From positions 2,080,001 to 2,144,000 of the forward strand of contig OZ242351.1 of the NCBI GenBank assembly GCA_965208675.1: a stretch of 64,000 bases of DNA. Reading direction: 5' to 3'. This stretch comes from Candidatus Poribacteria bacterium (GTDB taxonomy: Bacteria > Poribacteria > WGA-4E > PCPOR2b). Position 1 is the first letter of the stretch. Every line of letters starts with the position of its first letter. The position numbers and the translations under genes were made by a program. The notes beneath the pieces were generated by a model. That model had not been told where the DNA came from and ran no database searches. It saw nothing but the letters and a program-made list of their open reading frames with translations. This document shows positions 10,328-20,803 of this stretch, in pieces.

Positions 10328-11158
10328 ATGAGAACGTACGATTGCGAACCGACGTTAAATGACTTACAAGTTTTGGAATTCTGCCATAACGGTTATTTGA
10401 TGCTAGAAGGCGTTGTTCCAGACGAAATTAACAAAAGAACTACCCAGTTTCTTGAAGAACACACAGGAGAGACGTTCGGCAAAATTGTGGATGAAGACTG
10501 GTTTGTGGACAATGTGCTCACCAATCCACAAGCGGCGGGTGCGGTGCGGTCACTGCTCGGCAAGGATTTCTCTCTGACGATGCCTTATATGGCAAATCAT
10601 CAAGCCGAGGGACCGGGACCAGCGCAAGGCTGGCACCGGGACGGCGGTTCTGTATATAGCCACGAACTCGATTCGCTTCAAGTTTTCTACTATCCGCAAG
10701 ATACGCCCTTAGCAATGGGGCCAACTGAAGTAGTGCCGGGCTCCCATTTTCTTTTTGCCTTACAAGGCTTTATGCATCACTACACAGGTATCCGAGATGC
10801 GGTTTCTACCGCGGCGCCGGCTGGATCCATCTTCCTTACCGTTTATTCAATATGGCACCGTCGCGGCGCGTCCACCCTCGGCGGTACCCGCAACTTGCTC
10901 AAATACTGGTACATGCGGACTTCACCTCCGGAACGGGACTGGATAATCGACCCGGAATTTGACTTAGAGCACGCCTATCACGTCCCCGTCAAAAACACCT
11001 TCAACCGAGAAGGGCATCGAGCGCGCAATGACGCCGCGGAGATGTTTTATTGGTTGTGCGGGAGAAAGAGCGAATACCGCGCACGAAGCAACAATCTGCC
11101 CGTGTATTACTATGAAAAGCGAAAGCTCTGTAAATATTGCGGATACCGCGTGCGGTAG
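10328..11158 (+). CDS. Phytanoyl-CoA dioxygenase (PhyH) family Fe(II)/2OG oxygenase
   Basis: F..NGYLMLEGVV, GWHRD (HxD), GPTEVVPGSH, AGSIFL...IWHR. Confidence 0.85.
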   Translation: MRTYDCEPTLNDLQVLEFCHNGYLMLEGVVPDEINKRTTQFLEEHTGETFGKIVDEDWFVDNVLTNPQAAGAVRSLLGKDFSLTMPYMANHQAEGPGPAQGWHRDGGSVYSHELDSLQVFYYPQDTPLAMGPTEVVPGSHFLFALQGFMHHYTGIRDAVSTAAPAGSIFLTVYSIWHRRGASTLGGTRNLLKYWYMRTSPPERDWIIDPEFDLEHAYHVPVKNTFNREGHRARNDAAEMFYWLCGRKSEYRARSNNLPVYYYEKRKLCKYCGYRVR

Positions 11159-11188
11159 ACATGCCAAATGTGGAGATAAGACACAGTT

Positions 11189-11983
11189 ATGAGAACTTAC
11201 GATTGCGCGCCTACGTTGACTGACTCGCAAGTGTTGGATTTTTGCCGTGCGGGCTTTTTGATGCTTGAAGGCGTTGTTCCGGACGAGATTAACACAAGGG
11301 CATTCGATTATCTGGACGAGCATCCCGAACATACGCCGCTCCAAATTTTGGAGGAGGACTGGTTTGTCGACAATGTCATCCTTAATCCAGACGCGGCTGG
11401 TGCGATTCGGTCGGTGTTGGGCAAGAATTTTGCGTTGACCATGCCTTACATGGCAAATCACCGCGTGCAATGTCCGGAGACCGCACAGGGATGGCATCGG
11501 GACAAAGGCTCGGTGTTTACTCATGGGCTGGATTCGCTGCAGGTGTTTTACTATCCACAGGATACGCCTCTGGAGCTTGGCCCGACGGAAATCATACCGG
11601 GGTCGCATTTTCGGTACGCCGATGGAAGCGCTATGAGCCACTACGGCAGCATTCGAAATTCGGTGTCAACTGCGGCGCCTGCCGGCTCGATCTTCCTCAC
11701 TGTCTATTCGATATGGCACCGGCGCACTATGTCCACGGCGAGCGGGACGCGGAACCTGTTGAAGTATTGGTACATGCGGACGGTTCCACCAGAGCGAGAT
11801 TGGATTATGGAGCCGGAGTTTGAACTCGAGCACGCCTATCATGTTTCGATTTCTGACACGGCGGAGATGTTCTATTGGCTTTGCGGGCGGCACAGTGAGT
11901 TCCGTGCGCGGCGTAACAATTTGCCCGCCTACTACTACGAGGCGAGGAAGCTGTGTAAGTATTGCGGATATCGCATTGGGTAG
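11189..11983 (+). CDS. PhyH family dioxygenase, tandem paralog of 10328..11158
   Basis: Same motifs (GWHRD, PGSH, IWHR) and long identical stretches shared with the upstream gene. Confidence 0.85.
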   Translation: MRTYDCAPTLTDSQVLDFCRAGFLMLEGVVPDEINTRAFDYLDEHPEHTPLQILEEDWFVDNVILNPDAAGAIRSVLGKNFALTMPYMANHRVQCPETAQGWHRDKGSVFTHGLDSLQVFYYPQDTPLELGPTEIIPGSHFRYADGSAMSHYGSIRNSVSTAAPAGSIFLTVYSIWHRRTMSTASGTRNLLKYWYMRTVPPERDWIMEPEFELEHAYHVSISDTAEMFYWLCGRHSEFRARRNNLPAYYYEARKLCKYCGYRIG

Positions 11984-12031
11984 ATAAACGGCACAAATGG
12001 GGCAATTAATTGGTTAGATTCTAATTGCTCT

Positions 12032-14401
12032 TTAACGTGCGCCGTAGGTGTTCTGTTCTGATGGAGGGCGCGCCGGTTGGTACAGGTCGAAATCGGCGGT
12101 GTTGAAATCCCCGTCGGCGGGCAAAAGGAAGTAGACCATTCCCGGCACGGTCGCAAATTCCAAAATTGGATTAGTAAACGACTGGACGAATTCTCCTGAA
12201 GAATCGCACAACTTCGCGGGGCTCGCATAAGGGTTCACAATACGGCACCTCCCACCAACTGTGCTTTCGACGCTCACGAATTTGACCTGACCCGCTTTCA
12301 GGCACGAGGAGACCAGAAACGCACCTTCCGTCCGCAGCCGGTAAAAAGCGACATCCTCCCACGCTTTTGGCAGCGCCGGAAAGACGCGGATAATCCCGCC
12401 CCAACTCTGGAGCAGCATCTCCATAATTACCGCAGGCATTCCGAGACTCGGTTCCAACGGCACGCCTTCCGCTGCTTTGCCCCGTTCGTACGGCGCATTG
12501 GTGGCGAGACCAACCGGCGTAACATAGTTCTCATAGGCTTTAAGCGCTTCGACACACTTATCACCTTTTCCAACCCGCGCATAAATCATCGCTAGGTATA
12601 CGTAGGACCAACACTGCCAGTCAGTTACAAATCCGTGGGATTCAACCTGTGCAAGGCTCTGATCGATGAGATAATTCTCTTCGGTTTCGCCGTCAATCGA
12701 AATTTGGTGCATCGGATAAATCGGAAACAGGTGCGTCATATGTCGGTGCGGACGGTCTAGCGGTTGCCCGCTCCAGATGTGAAGCCCATCCGTCCCGTGC
12801 GGGAAGGGTGCGAGATTTGACAGAACATCCCGCCAGCGTTCGGCATCCGGATCGTCGCTTTTGAGAATACCCACCGATTCAAGAAGAGATTCCGTTAGAA
12901 AGCGGATGAGCGCCAAATCTGCGGAGGCGTCAGGTCCCCAAGGAACCCCATTTTCGGGGATGAATTCTGGCGAACATGACCACGGGAGATGCCACAGTCC
13001 ATCGCCGCCTCGTTCAAGCATGCCGAGATAGGTCTTCATGAACTCGCGCATAATCGGGTAGGCGCGTTCCCGCAGAAATTTTTCGTCGAGCGAATAGCGG
13101 TAGCGCAGCCAAAAGAAATGACACACCCATGCACCGCAACCGGGCCAATAGGTGGTGCTAGCATCGCCCATTAGGCTGATTGTCCCGTCCGCGCCAAGCG
13201 CGCCGCCCAGCCACGGCCCTTCCCAGCCGAACTCCCTGCCGCGCCGGCAGAATTCGGGGAGGAGTTTCCAACTCCATTCGCAGAGCGCGTCTAACATCTC
13301 AAGTCGATTCGAGGTGTAGATGGGCCAATAGTACATCGGCAAATCAAAGTGAGGCCGCCCAGCGCCAACCACCATGTCCGTATCCGGCGTCCAGGGCGCC
13401 AGAAGTCCCATGGGCCAATGCTTTTCGGGATTTGAAGCTGAACCGAGCTGGTAGATTCCTAAATGGTAGAGGCTTTCGAGTTGGCAATCCGGTATGGAGA
13501 TAAAAGAACGCGACCAGTATGCACTCCACCATGCGGTATGTGCGTCCAAAAGCGATGCAACGCCCTCCTGTTTTGCTTCTCGGAGCACGGCTCTGGCACG
13601 CAGGTCAGGATTGGGCGCCTCCGCGGAACTTGCCAAAGTTATGTAGAAGACACAACGAGTCGAGGCTGGACGGTCGGTTATACCGCGGACATAGAACTCC
13701 TGCCCGTTCAACATCGCCTGTTTCCAACCCCATTCCCGTCCGCCAAGGTCGAGTTCAGCGGGAGGATACGCTACGGGCTGCTCGGGACCTGCCGCCCGAA
13801 CATCGCCAGGCATACCGCTGAAGCGGAACTGCCCCAATTCCACCTCAGCCGGGTGACAGGCAACTGATGGAGAGAATGTATGCGCATTCGTTTCTATAGT
13901 GATTACAATCACATTTCTTTGCGGCGGGATGAAGGCTGACAGGTTGAGATTCTGTTTTCCTGAAACCATCTGGGCTATTGCCTGCGCGCGACTTAACTGA
14001 AGCCGTCCTCGAAAATCCGTCGGCGTAGAACCGAGGTCAATTTCGATTCGGCCTACCGGCGGATGGTAAACGAGCTGCCAGCTCTTGGAGAAAACTCCTT
14101 CTGTGTCCTTCCACCGTCCAGATTCTAAGCCCGCAACAAGGGTACTCCAATGGAAGTCCGGGTGGATAACTCTAGTCTGCGGGGCGGTTTCGAAAAGGTC
14201 GAGCTTGTCAAGCGAAATGTTCAGTCGTTCCCGTTCAAACCAGAGTACGGCGCCAATGTCGCCGTTGGCGAGTAGCATTCCCTCGTCCCAGATTTCGGGT
14301 GCACGTTCATACAGGAGATGGTGCTGCCTTAACCATCTGTCCATGTCTGGCGATGCTATAGATTTAGGTTGAGATGGCTGCGGATGATCTTCGAATGTCA
14401 C
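12032..14401 (-). CDS. Glycoside hydrolase family 95-like protein (alpha-L-fucosidase-like); alternative ATG at 14344
   Basis: WDEGMLLANGDIGA, D..FLRERAYPIM, SCSPE, HRHMTHLFPIYP, EMLLQSW..IRVFPALP..W...F..LRTEGAFLVS. Confidence 0.8.
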   Translation of the reverse strand: MTFEDHPQPSQPKSIASPDMDRWLRQHHLLYERAPEIWDEGMLLANGDIGAVLWFERERLNISLDKLDLFETAPQTRVIHPDFHWSTLVAGLESGRWKDTEGVFSKSWQLVYHPPVGRIEIDLGSTPTDFRGRLQLSRAQAIAQMVSGKQNLNLSAFIPPQRNVIVITIETNAHTFSPSVACHPAEVELGQFRFSGMPGDVRAAGPEQPVAYPPAELDLGGREWGWKQAMLNGQEFYVRGITDRPASTRCVFYITLASSAEAPNPDLRARAVLREAKQEGVASLLDAHTAWWSAYWSRSFISIPDCQLESLYHLGIYQLGSASNPEKHWPMGLLAPWTPDTDMVVGAGRPHFDLPMYYWPIYTSNRLEMLDALCEWSWKLLPEFCRRGREFGWEGPWLGGALGADGTISLMGDASTTYWPGCGAWVCHFFWLRYRYSLDEKFLRERAYPIMREFMKTYLGMLERGGDGLWHLPWSCSPEFIPENGVPWGPDASADLALIRFLTESLLESVGILKSDDPDAERWRDVLSNLAPFPHGTDGLHIWSGQPLDRPHRHMTHLFPIYPMHQISIDGETEENYLIDQSLAQVESHGFVTDWQCWSYVYLAMIYARVGKGDKCVEALKAYENYVTPVGLATNAPYERGKAAEGVPLEPSLGMPAVIMEMLLQSWGGIIRVFPALPKAWEDVAFYRLRTEGAFLVSSCLKAGQVKFVSVESTVGGRCRIVNPYASPAKLCDSSGEFVQSFTNPILEFATVPGMVYFLLPADGDFNTADFDLYQPARPPSEQNTYGAR

Positions 14402-14647
14402 TGTAAGGTTAATTCAAGCTTAAGTGTAGGGGTGCGGTGCTAACATTTAGTCTTGGGTTTCTATATGAACTGTTACTGCCTCGGATGGCTGTTTATTCCG
14501 GCAAATTTTTGTGCCAGAATATCGATCTTGACAGCGGTTAACGGGTCGGCTATGATATTCGCGAATTGTCCGCTCATTTCTGCATTGAAAAGAGAATAAC
14601 ACCCCTCCACCCAATTGTCTAGAGATTTTTGGCATACTTCATCCGAT

Positions 14648-15211
14648 CTGTGATTTTTGTGATTGAACGATGGGCTATGATTGTGTGAGCACATAATGAT
14701 TCGGTGTTGAAGCGTAGGCGGATTGGCTGCCGCTTACAACAACTAGGACTTCGCCAATTGGTGTTTGGGACAGTGTTCGTGTTGGGTAATCATTTGGGAT
14801 GGGAGAGGTTTTAAAAGCGTTGGGTTTCGCTCCATTCATCGGAATTTGCACGCGGTGAGGTTGACGAAGCGATTCGTGTTGATGGGCGGTTTTTGCCTGA
14901 ATCCGCTCTACCCAACCTACAAGAACTGTCTGAACTGTGATTTTTGTGATTGAACGATGGGCTATGATTGTGGGAGCACATAATGATTCGGTGTTGAAGC
15001 GTAGGCGGATTGGCTACCGCTTACAACAACTAGGACTTCGCCAATTGGTGTTTGGGACAGTGTTCGTGTTGGGTAATCATTTGGGATGGGAGAGGTTTTA
15101 AAAGCGTTGGGTTTCGCTCCAGCCATCGGAGTTTGCACGCGGTAAGGTTGATGGGGCGACTCGTGTTGATGGGCGGTTTTTGGCTGAATCCGCTCTACCC
15201 AACCTACAAGA
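14648..15211. repeat. Tandem duplication of a 287-bp non-coding unit, each copy ending in a REP arm
   Basis: 14648-14924 and 14935-15211 are near-identical. Both end in ATCCGCTCTACCCAACCTACAAGA. Confidence 0.9.
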
Positions 15212-15311
15212 GCAACAAAAGCGGTGGTCGTGATTCGGAGATTGGTCCTACAGCTGATAACAGTTCGACAGATTATTGAGAGATAACTTGTTGATTTAGA
15301 AAGGAACCCGC

Positions 15312-18300
15312 ATGGCCAATTTGAGCCATCCTTATTTGACGTTGTTATCAACCCTCTACACCGCCGGAAACCGTAATGGAGACAGGTCCGAAACCGCTCA
15401 TTTCCCGTATATGTGCCAACCGAGCGTTTCGCCGAGCGGGAACGAAATCGCATTTTGCTATGCCGGTGACGTGTGGATAGTATCTGCAGAAGGCGGGCAG
15501 GCTAGGCGGGTTACGTCTCACCCAAGCCACGATTCACATCCCATTTTCTCACCGGATGGGAGCGAATTGGCGTTTGCCTCTCAGCGCACAGGAGAGGGAA
15601 ATATTTACGTCATCTCGCTAAACTCAAGCGAGCCACCGAGGCGTTTGACATATCACAGCGCATCAGTTCCGCCTGCATGTTGGTCGCCTGACGGAAATTG
15701 GATCTATTTTGCCTCAATGTACGATGGCATCTGCGGCGCGATTTACAAGATATCGGTTGATGGCGGCACGCCAATCCGCATTGCCGGCGACCCTATGGAA
15801 TCCCACTATAACGCAGCTATTTCCCCGGACGGAGGTAGGTTAGCGTTTAACAACAACGGACACGCGTGGTGGCGGCGGGGGCCTAATCCGGCGGGACATT
15901 CCGACATTTGGACGGTGGAGGTTTGTGGAACAGGCTATAAACGGTTAACGCAGTACCTCGGCAAGAATCTGAACCCCATGTGGAACGCGGACGGGGATGG
16001 GGTCTATTATCTCAGCGACCGCAGCGGCCAGGAAAATATCTGGTGTATGCGCTTGGACGGAGACGGAAGCGCCGAGCAAATTACGCATTTTACCGACGGA
16101 CGTGTGTTGCGCCCATCAATCTCCGCGGACAGCGAATGGATTGCGTTTGAGCGCGGCTTTCAGCTCTGGCGGTTAAATCTCAGTAATCGAGAGTGCGATC
16201 CAATAGACATCACTGTGTACACCGACGAAAAATCTAACCCTGTGACGCATCGAACTTACACGGGGGACATCGTCGAATTCCAACTTTCACCGGACGGGAA
16301 AAAGGCTGCGTTCATTGTCCACGGAGACGTTTTTGCGGATCTCGCCGATAAGGGTGAGAAAGTAAAAAAAGGAGGGGATTCATTTAAGGTCACGGATACG
16401 CCCGCCCGTGAGAGTCAGTTGCGCTGGCACCCTGAGAGTAATCGGGTTGTTTATGTGTCGGATTGGTTGGGGAACAACCAAATCTTCGCGTACGATTTTG
16501 TAGCGCATGTAGAGACGCAACTCACCCATTCACCAGAGCAGAAATTCGCGCCGAAATATTCGCCGGATGGCAAAACGCTCGCCTACATGCAGAGCAATAC
16601 CGAAATTTGGTTGATGGACACCGAAACACTCGAAAGCCGCCCCTTCATCACAAATCAGGTATTCGTCAATGTGCCCATACCGGCAGACTTCGGCTGGTCC
16701 CCTGATAGCAAATGGCTTGCGTTTATCGCTCAAGACCAGAATTTCTTTAGCAACCTCTACGTCCAACATGTCGAAGACAGCACGCCGAAACAGACTACTT
16801 TCTTGAGCAACGTCCGTGCTTACAACACGCTTTGGTCGCCCGACGGAAAATTCATCATATTCAATACGGGACAGTACCGGACAGAAAACCAGATTGCGCG
16901 GGTAGACCTTAAGCCGATCCAGCCAATATTCAAGGAAGAGGTTTTTGATAAGCTTTTTGAAGCAGAAAAGGATAACGCTAGCGAAGAAGAAAGACCGGAG
17001 ACTGGCGCCAAACAATCCGAAAATGGCAAGGCATCCGATAAAGAAAACGATACGGACAAAGCGCAAATCGAACCGGTCGAGATTTCTTTTGAGTCTATCA
17101 AGCACCGGCTTCGCTTCCTCACGGATGCTAAACTAAACGCGGCGGCGTTGCGTATTCACCCTGACAGTAAAACCCTAATCTTCCGCGCTGTCATGAATGG
17201 CCATCCCAATCTCTGGAGTATGTTTCTTGAGGATGAAAAGCTGGGTGAACTTCCAAAGCAGCTAACTTCAACTGCAACCGGTAAAGGTAATGTCCATGTC
17301 ATGCCAGATGGCAAAAGAATCTATTACAACGACGGCGGTCGAATTCATACACTTGGGCTTAGTGAAGACGGCGGTAAAGAAGGTGATTCAAGAGTAATTG
17401 AAACTATAGCAGAGGTTGAAATCGATTTTCACCTTCAGAAAATGCAATCATTCAATGAAGCGTGGCGGCTGATACGGGATAGTTTCTACGATTCGCAATT
17501 TCACGGCTGCGATTGGGAGGAGCTGTTGGGGCAATTTCGACCGATTATTCAGGGCGTCCAAACGCAAACGGATTTCCGTGAAGTTTTGAATCTTATGGTC
17601 GGCGAACTGAACGCCTCGCACCTTGGCGCACGGGGCGGTAACGCGAATACATCTGACAGCCACCTCGGTGCGGATTTCGATCAGGAGGCATTGGAGGGCC
17701 GCGGGCATTTCAAAATCACCCATCTCCTACCGGAATCGCCATTGACCCTGCCGAGAGAGCCCGCCGGAGTTGGCGATTATCTGCTCGCGGTGGACGGCGT
17801 CGGACTCAACGGGCAGGTCAATCTCGCCAAGCTACTCCAGCGAAAAAGCGGTAAACGCGTTGGGGTAAAACTCAACGACAAACCGGAACTCGCGGGCGCA
17901 CGCGATCTAACCGTTCAGCCGATTGACGCAAGCCGATACGCCGATCTTCGTTATAAAAATTGGGTGCGATGCAATGGCGCATATGTCAATGAAAAGAGCA
18001 ACGGCCGGCTCGGATACGTCCATATCCCCGCGATGTCCTATGAGGCCTACCTCCAATTCACCGCCGATCTCGATGCCGAAACGCACAACAAAGCGGGCGT
18101 CATCATAGATGTCCGGTTCAACCCTGGCGGACACATCGCACCGTTCATCCTGGACGTGCTGTACCGAAAAGCGTATACGAGTTCAAGTTACCGCGGGCGA
18201 ATCGCCACACCGGACACGCACTTGGCCGGGAGCCGCATCCTTGACAAGCCCCTTATACTGATTGTCAATGAGCATTCGGCAAGCAACGCGGAGATGTTCA

Positions 18301-18581
18301 GCGAAGGTTTCCGCAAATTAGGATTGGGAAAGGTTGTCGGTATGCCCACTGCCGGCGCCGTGATTTGGACAACGAATTTGAGATTGCTCGACGGGACATG
18401 GTTCCGATTGCCGCGGTTTAAGGTAACAACCCTTGAGGGTGAAAATACCGAAGGGGTTGGCAGACCGGTTGATGTGGAGGTCGACCGTCCGCTCGGAGAA
18501 GCCGAACAGGGTGTAGACAGCCAACTTGATGCCGCGGTCGAACAGTTACTTGCACAAATTGATTGCGGAAATGAGGCGTAG
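15312..18581 (+). CDS. Tricorn-like S41 peptidase with PD40/beta-propeller and PDZ regions
   Basis: Many (F/W)SPDG repeats, MVGELNASH, GRLGYVHIP, IIDVRFNPGG, catalytic SASNAE, GVGRPVD. Confidence 0.9.
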   Translation: MANLSHPYLTLLSTLYTAGNRNGDRSETAHFPYMCQPSVSPSGNEIAFCYAGDVWIVSAEGGQARRVTSHPSHDSHPIFSPDGSELAFASQRTGEGNIYVISLNSSEPPRRLTYHSASVPPACWSPDGNWIYFASMYDGICGAIYKISVDGGTPIRIAGDPMESHYNAAISPDGGRLAFNNNGHAWWRRGPNPAGHSDIWTVEVCGTGYKRLTQYLGKNLNPMWNADGDGVYYLSDRSGQENIWCMRLDGDGSAEQITHFTDGRVLRPSISADSEWIAFERGFQLWRLNLSNRECDPIDITVYTDEKSNPVTHRTYTGDIVEFQLSPDGKKAAFIVHGDVFADLADKGEKVKKGGDSFKVTDTPARESQLRWHPESNRVVYVSDWLGNNQIFAYDFVAHVETQLTHSPEQKFAPKYSPDGKTLAYMQSNTEIWLMDTETLESRPFITNQVFVNVPIPADFGWSPDSKWLAFIAQDQNFFSNLYVQHVEDSTPKQTTFLSNVRAYNTLWSPDGKFIIFNTGQYRTENQIARVDLKPIQPIFKEEVFDKLFEAEKDNASEEERPETGAKQSENGKASDKENDTDKAQIEPVEISFESIKHRLRFLTDAKLNAAALRIHPDSKTLIFRAVMNGHPNLWSMFLEDEKLGELPKQLTSTATGKGNVHVMPDGKRIYYNDGGRIHTLGLSEDGGKEGDSRVIETIAEVEIDFHLQKMQSFNEAWRLIRDSFYDSQFHGCDWEELLGQFRPIIQGVQTQTDFREVLNLMVGELNASHLGARGGNANTSDSHLGADFDQEALEGRGHFKITHLLPESPLTLPREPAGVGDYLLAVDGVGLNGQVNLAKLLQRKSGKRVGVKLNDKPELAGARDLTVQPIDASRYADLRYKNWVRCNGAYVNEKSNGRLGYVHIPAMSYEAYLQFTADLDAETHNKAGVIIDVRFNPGGHIAPFILDVLYRKAYTSSSYRGRIATPDTHLAGSRILDKPLILIVNEHSASNAEMFSEGFRKLGLGKVVGMPTAGAVIWTTNLRLLDGTWFRLPRFKVTTLEGENTEGVGRPVDVEVDRPLGEAEQGVDSQLDAAVEQLLAQIDCGNEA

Positions 18582-18835
18582 GGAACAACACCGGTAAGGA
18601 TTACTGGACATCTTTCCCAAATAACTCAATGTTGTGGACGGAACGTACGGGCCTGGGAGTTTTGACGATTGACATTTTTCCCAAGCCAATCGGATCCAGG
18701 GTTGATGCCATCGGGCACCGGTATATTATTGAATAAGTGTCTATAATTTAGTCTATATACCTGCCGCCCCCCTGGGGCTTAATCCGGTAATATTATGGAA
18801 AGGCATCCACTGGTAAAAGCGGCATCAGCAGGGAT

Positions 18836-19771
18836 CTACGGGATGCCCAGCGCTTCAATCTCCTGATGCAGATCGGACGGCAGCGGGCCGTCATAGGCCG
18901 CGATAACGTTCTCTTCTACCTCAGCGGGACTTTTTGGACCGATCAACATCGTGGTCACGTCCGGATCGCCCATGAGATACCGGACGCTTAGTGCAGCAAT
19001 TGAAAGACCGCTCTCGCGCTGTAATTCGTATAGGCGTTCGAATCGCCACCTGATATCCGGAGGGAAAGATTCAGCGACCTCCTGTTGAGATGATGCAAAC
19101 ATCCCGCCCCGAAGCGCGCCGCCCAATACCATGGCTACGCCCCGCTCGCGTGCGAGCGGCAGGGATTCGCGGCGAATGTCACGCCATATCAGGTCGTAGT
19201 GACCTGCAACCAGATAAGCGTCTACATCCACATGGCGTAATGCGTGAGCCGTCTCGGTTGCGCTGTTACCGGTTACGCCGGTAAACCGGCAAAGCCCCTG
19301 CGCTTTCGCCTCATTCAGCGCCTGCATGACAGGGGAATCCGCAAAATCGTAGTCTTGATCTGGATCCACGTATTCGTCGTGCGGTAATTCGTCTGACCAC
19401 CAGGCGCGCCAATCCGCCTCATGCACCTGAAACGCACCAATGCTATCCCGCTGCAGTGTACGCAGGTTTTCTCCAATTTGAACATGAATCGCCTCGACGG
19501 AACGGAAATGCCGCGTGTCGCGGAAATGACCAACTTTCGTCGCCAATACGTACCCTTCAGGGCGGCTCCTCAATGCCACGCCTAAAATCATCTGCGACGG
19601 CCCATAAAGCGGGGAGGTATCGATGTAGGTGATACCCATGTCGAGCGCACAATGCACTGTGGCTACCCCGTCGTTCAGGGAAATATCTCCGAGATGAGAG
19701 CCGCCCAATCCTACGACCGTTACATGTTCGTCCGATTTGCCAAAAGGCCGTTTCTCGATTGTGTTAGCCAA
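18836..19771 (-). CDS. Aldo/keto reductase (likely TTG start at 19771)
   Basis: KRPFGKS..VTVVGLGG, GITYIDTSPLYG, LATKVG, QVHE. AAGGAG RBS before the TTG. Confidence 0.85.
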   Translation of the reverse strand: MANTIEKRPFGKSDEHVTVVGLGGSHLGDISLNDGVATVHCALDMGITYIDTSPLYGPSQMILGVALRSRPEGYVLATKVGHFRDTRHFRSVEAIHVQIGENLRTLQRDSIGAFQVHEADWRAWWSDELPHDEYVDPDQDYDFADSPVMQALNEAKAQGLCRFTGVTGNSATETAHALRHVDVDAYLVAGHYDLIWRDIRRESLPLARERGVAMVLGGALRGGMFASSQQEVAESFPPDIRWRFERLYELQRESGLSIAALSVRYLMGDPDVTTMLIGPKSPAEVEENVIAAYDGPLPSDLHQEIEALGIP

Positions 19772-19850
19772 TGGTGGTTCTCCTTTCATTCTTGAATCTT
19801 AAACCGGTTCCCCCGGCGGTTTAGCGCTTTGTTTGGGGGATGGGCGAAAT

Positions 19851-20699
19851 TCATGCCGCTTGAAAGGCATCAAGCGTCGATTTCAATAATCGAGAGGCGC
19901 GGAACGGGTCCGGGTGGCCCCAGACATCCGCCTGTACCCACCGGTCATATCCGACGTTTCGCAGCGCACTGAGGATTGCGTCAAGATCGAGAATGCCTTC
20001 GCCTGCGCCGAGGTGGCGTGCAACATTTTGAAAGTTGGTGTCGTCCGAGTCGCAGAAGTGCACATGACCAATGTAATCGGCATACTTCGTTACAGCGTCG
20101 AGGGCGTCGCCGTCGAGCATCTGCGCATGGCCGCAGTCGTAAATCAAGCGAAAGTTGGGTGATTCCACCGCGTCCACAACCCGCGCGGCGAGCGCGTAGT
20201 TGTATGCAAGTTGGATAGCCTCCGGCTCAATGGTTGTCATCAGATTTAGTTCCTCTGCGCGCGCAGCGACGGGCCGGAGCGCTTCCGCCATTCTGGACAC
20301 GACTTCGTCCTGCGGCAGGTCGGGCTGTTTCATGGCGGGCCAAAATCCGCATTGAACGCCGCCCATGGCGTGGCAGAACTCGACCTGTTCAACTGCGCAC
20401 CGCCCCCATTCCAATCGGCTCGATTGATCTGGTGAACCGATTTCACCCCGCGCCACGCCTGCCTGAATGCCTACGACTTCCAAGCCGTGCGCAGTGACCT
20501 GCCGGGCATAAACGGCAACAGCCGCCGCATCGTGAACGTCGGGGTAGGGCGCAATTCCAGCCCCGTCCCTGCCGTCGAGTTCGATGCCGTCATAACCCAG
20601 CTCGACTGCATGTTCAAGCACTTCTTCATACGTAACTTTGACGTTGTGGATAGGGCCTAACACGGCGAAGCCATTTATTCCAAGACATATTTTCCACAT
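19851..20699 (-). CDS. Sugar phosphate isomerase/epimerase (xylose-isomerase-like TIM barrel)
   Basis: GYDGIEL, IEPE, YDCGH, IGHVHFCDSD, GEGILD...GYD. Confidence 0.8.
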   Translation of the reverse strand: MWKICLGINGFAVLGPIHNVKVTYEEVLEHAVELGYDGIELDGRDGAGIAPYPDVHDAAAVAVYARQVTAHGLEVVGIQAGVARGEIGSPDQSSRLEWGRCAVEQVEFCHAMGGVQCGFWPAMKQPDLPQDEVVSRMAEALRPVAARAEELNLMTTIEPEAIQLAYNYALAARVVDAVESPNFRLIYDCGHAQMLDGDALDAVTKYADYIGHVHFCDSDDTNFQNVARHLGAGEGILDLDAILSALRNVGYDRWVQADVWGHPDPFRASRLLKSTLDAFQAA

Positions 20700-20803
20700 T
20701 TGCGATACTCCTTCATGTTGTCGGTATGCTCAAACCGAGAGATTGTTTACCGGTTCTTGCGTGCAGAATTGATGGCAAAAACGCCGGATTCCCCCGACTT
20801 CGG

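Noticed and set aside
14648-15211. CRISPR array, or the short ORFs 14765..14953, 15052..15279 and 14962..15453
   Set aside because: Only two 287-bp units, no repeat-spacer periodicity and no cas genes. The ORFs are translations of repeat DNA.
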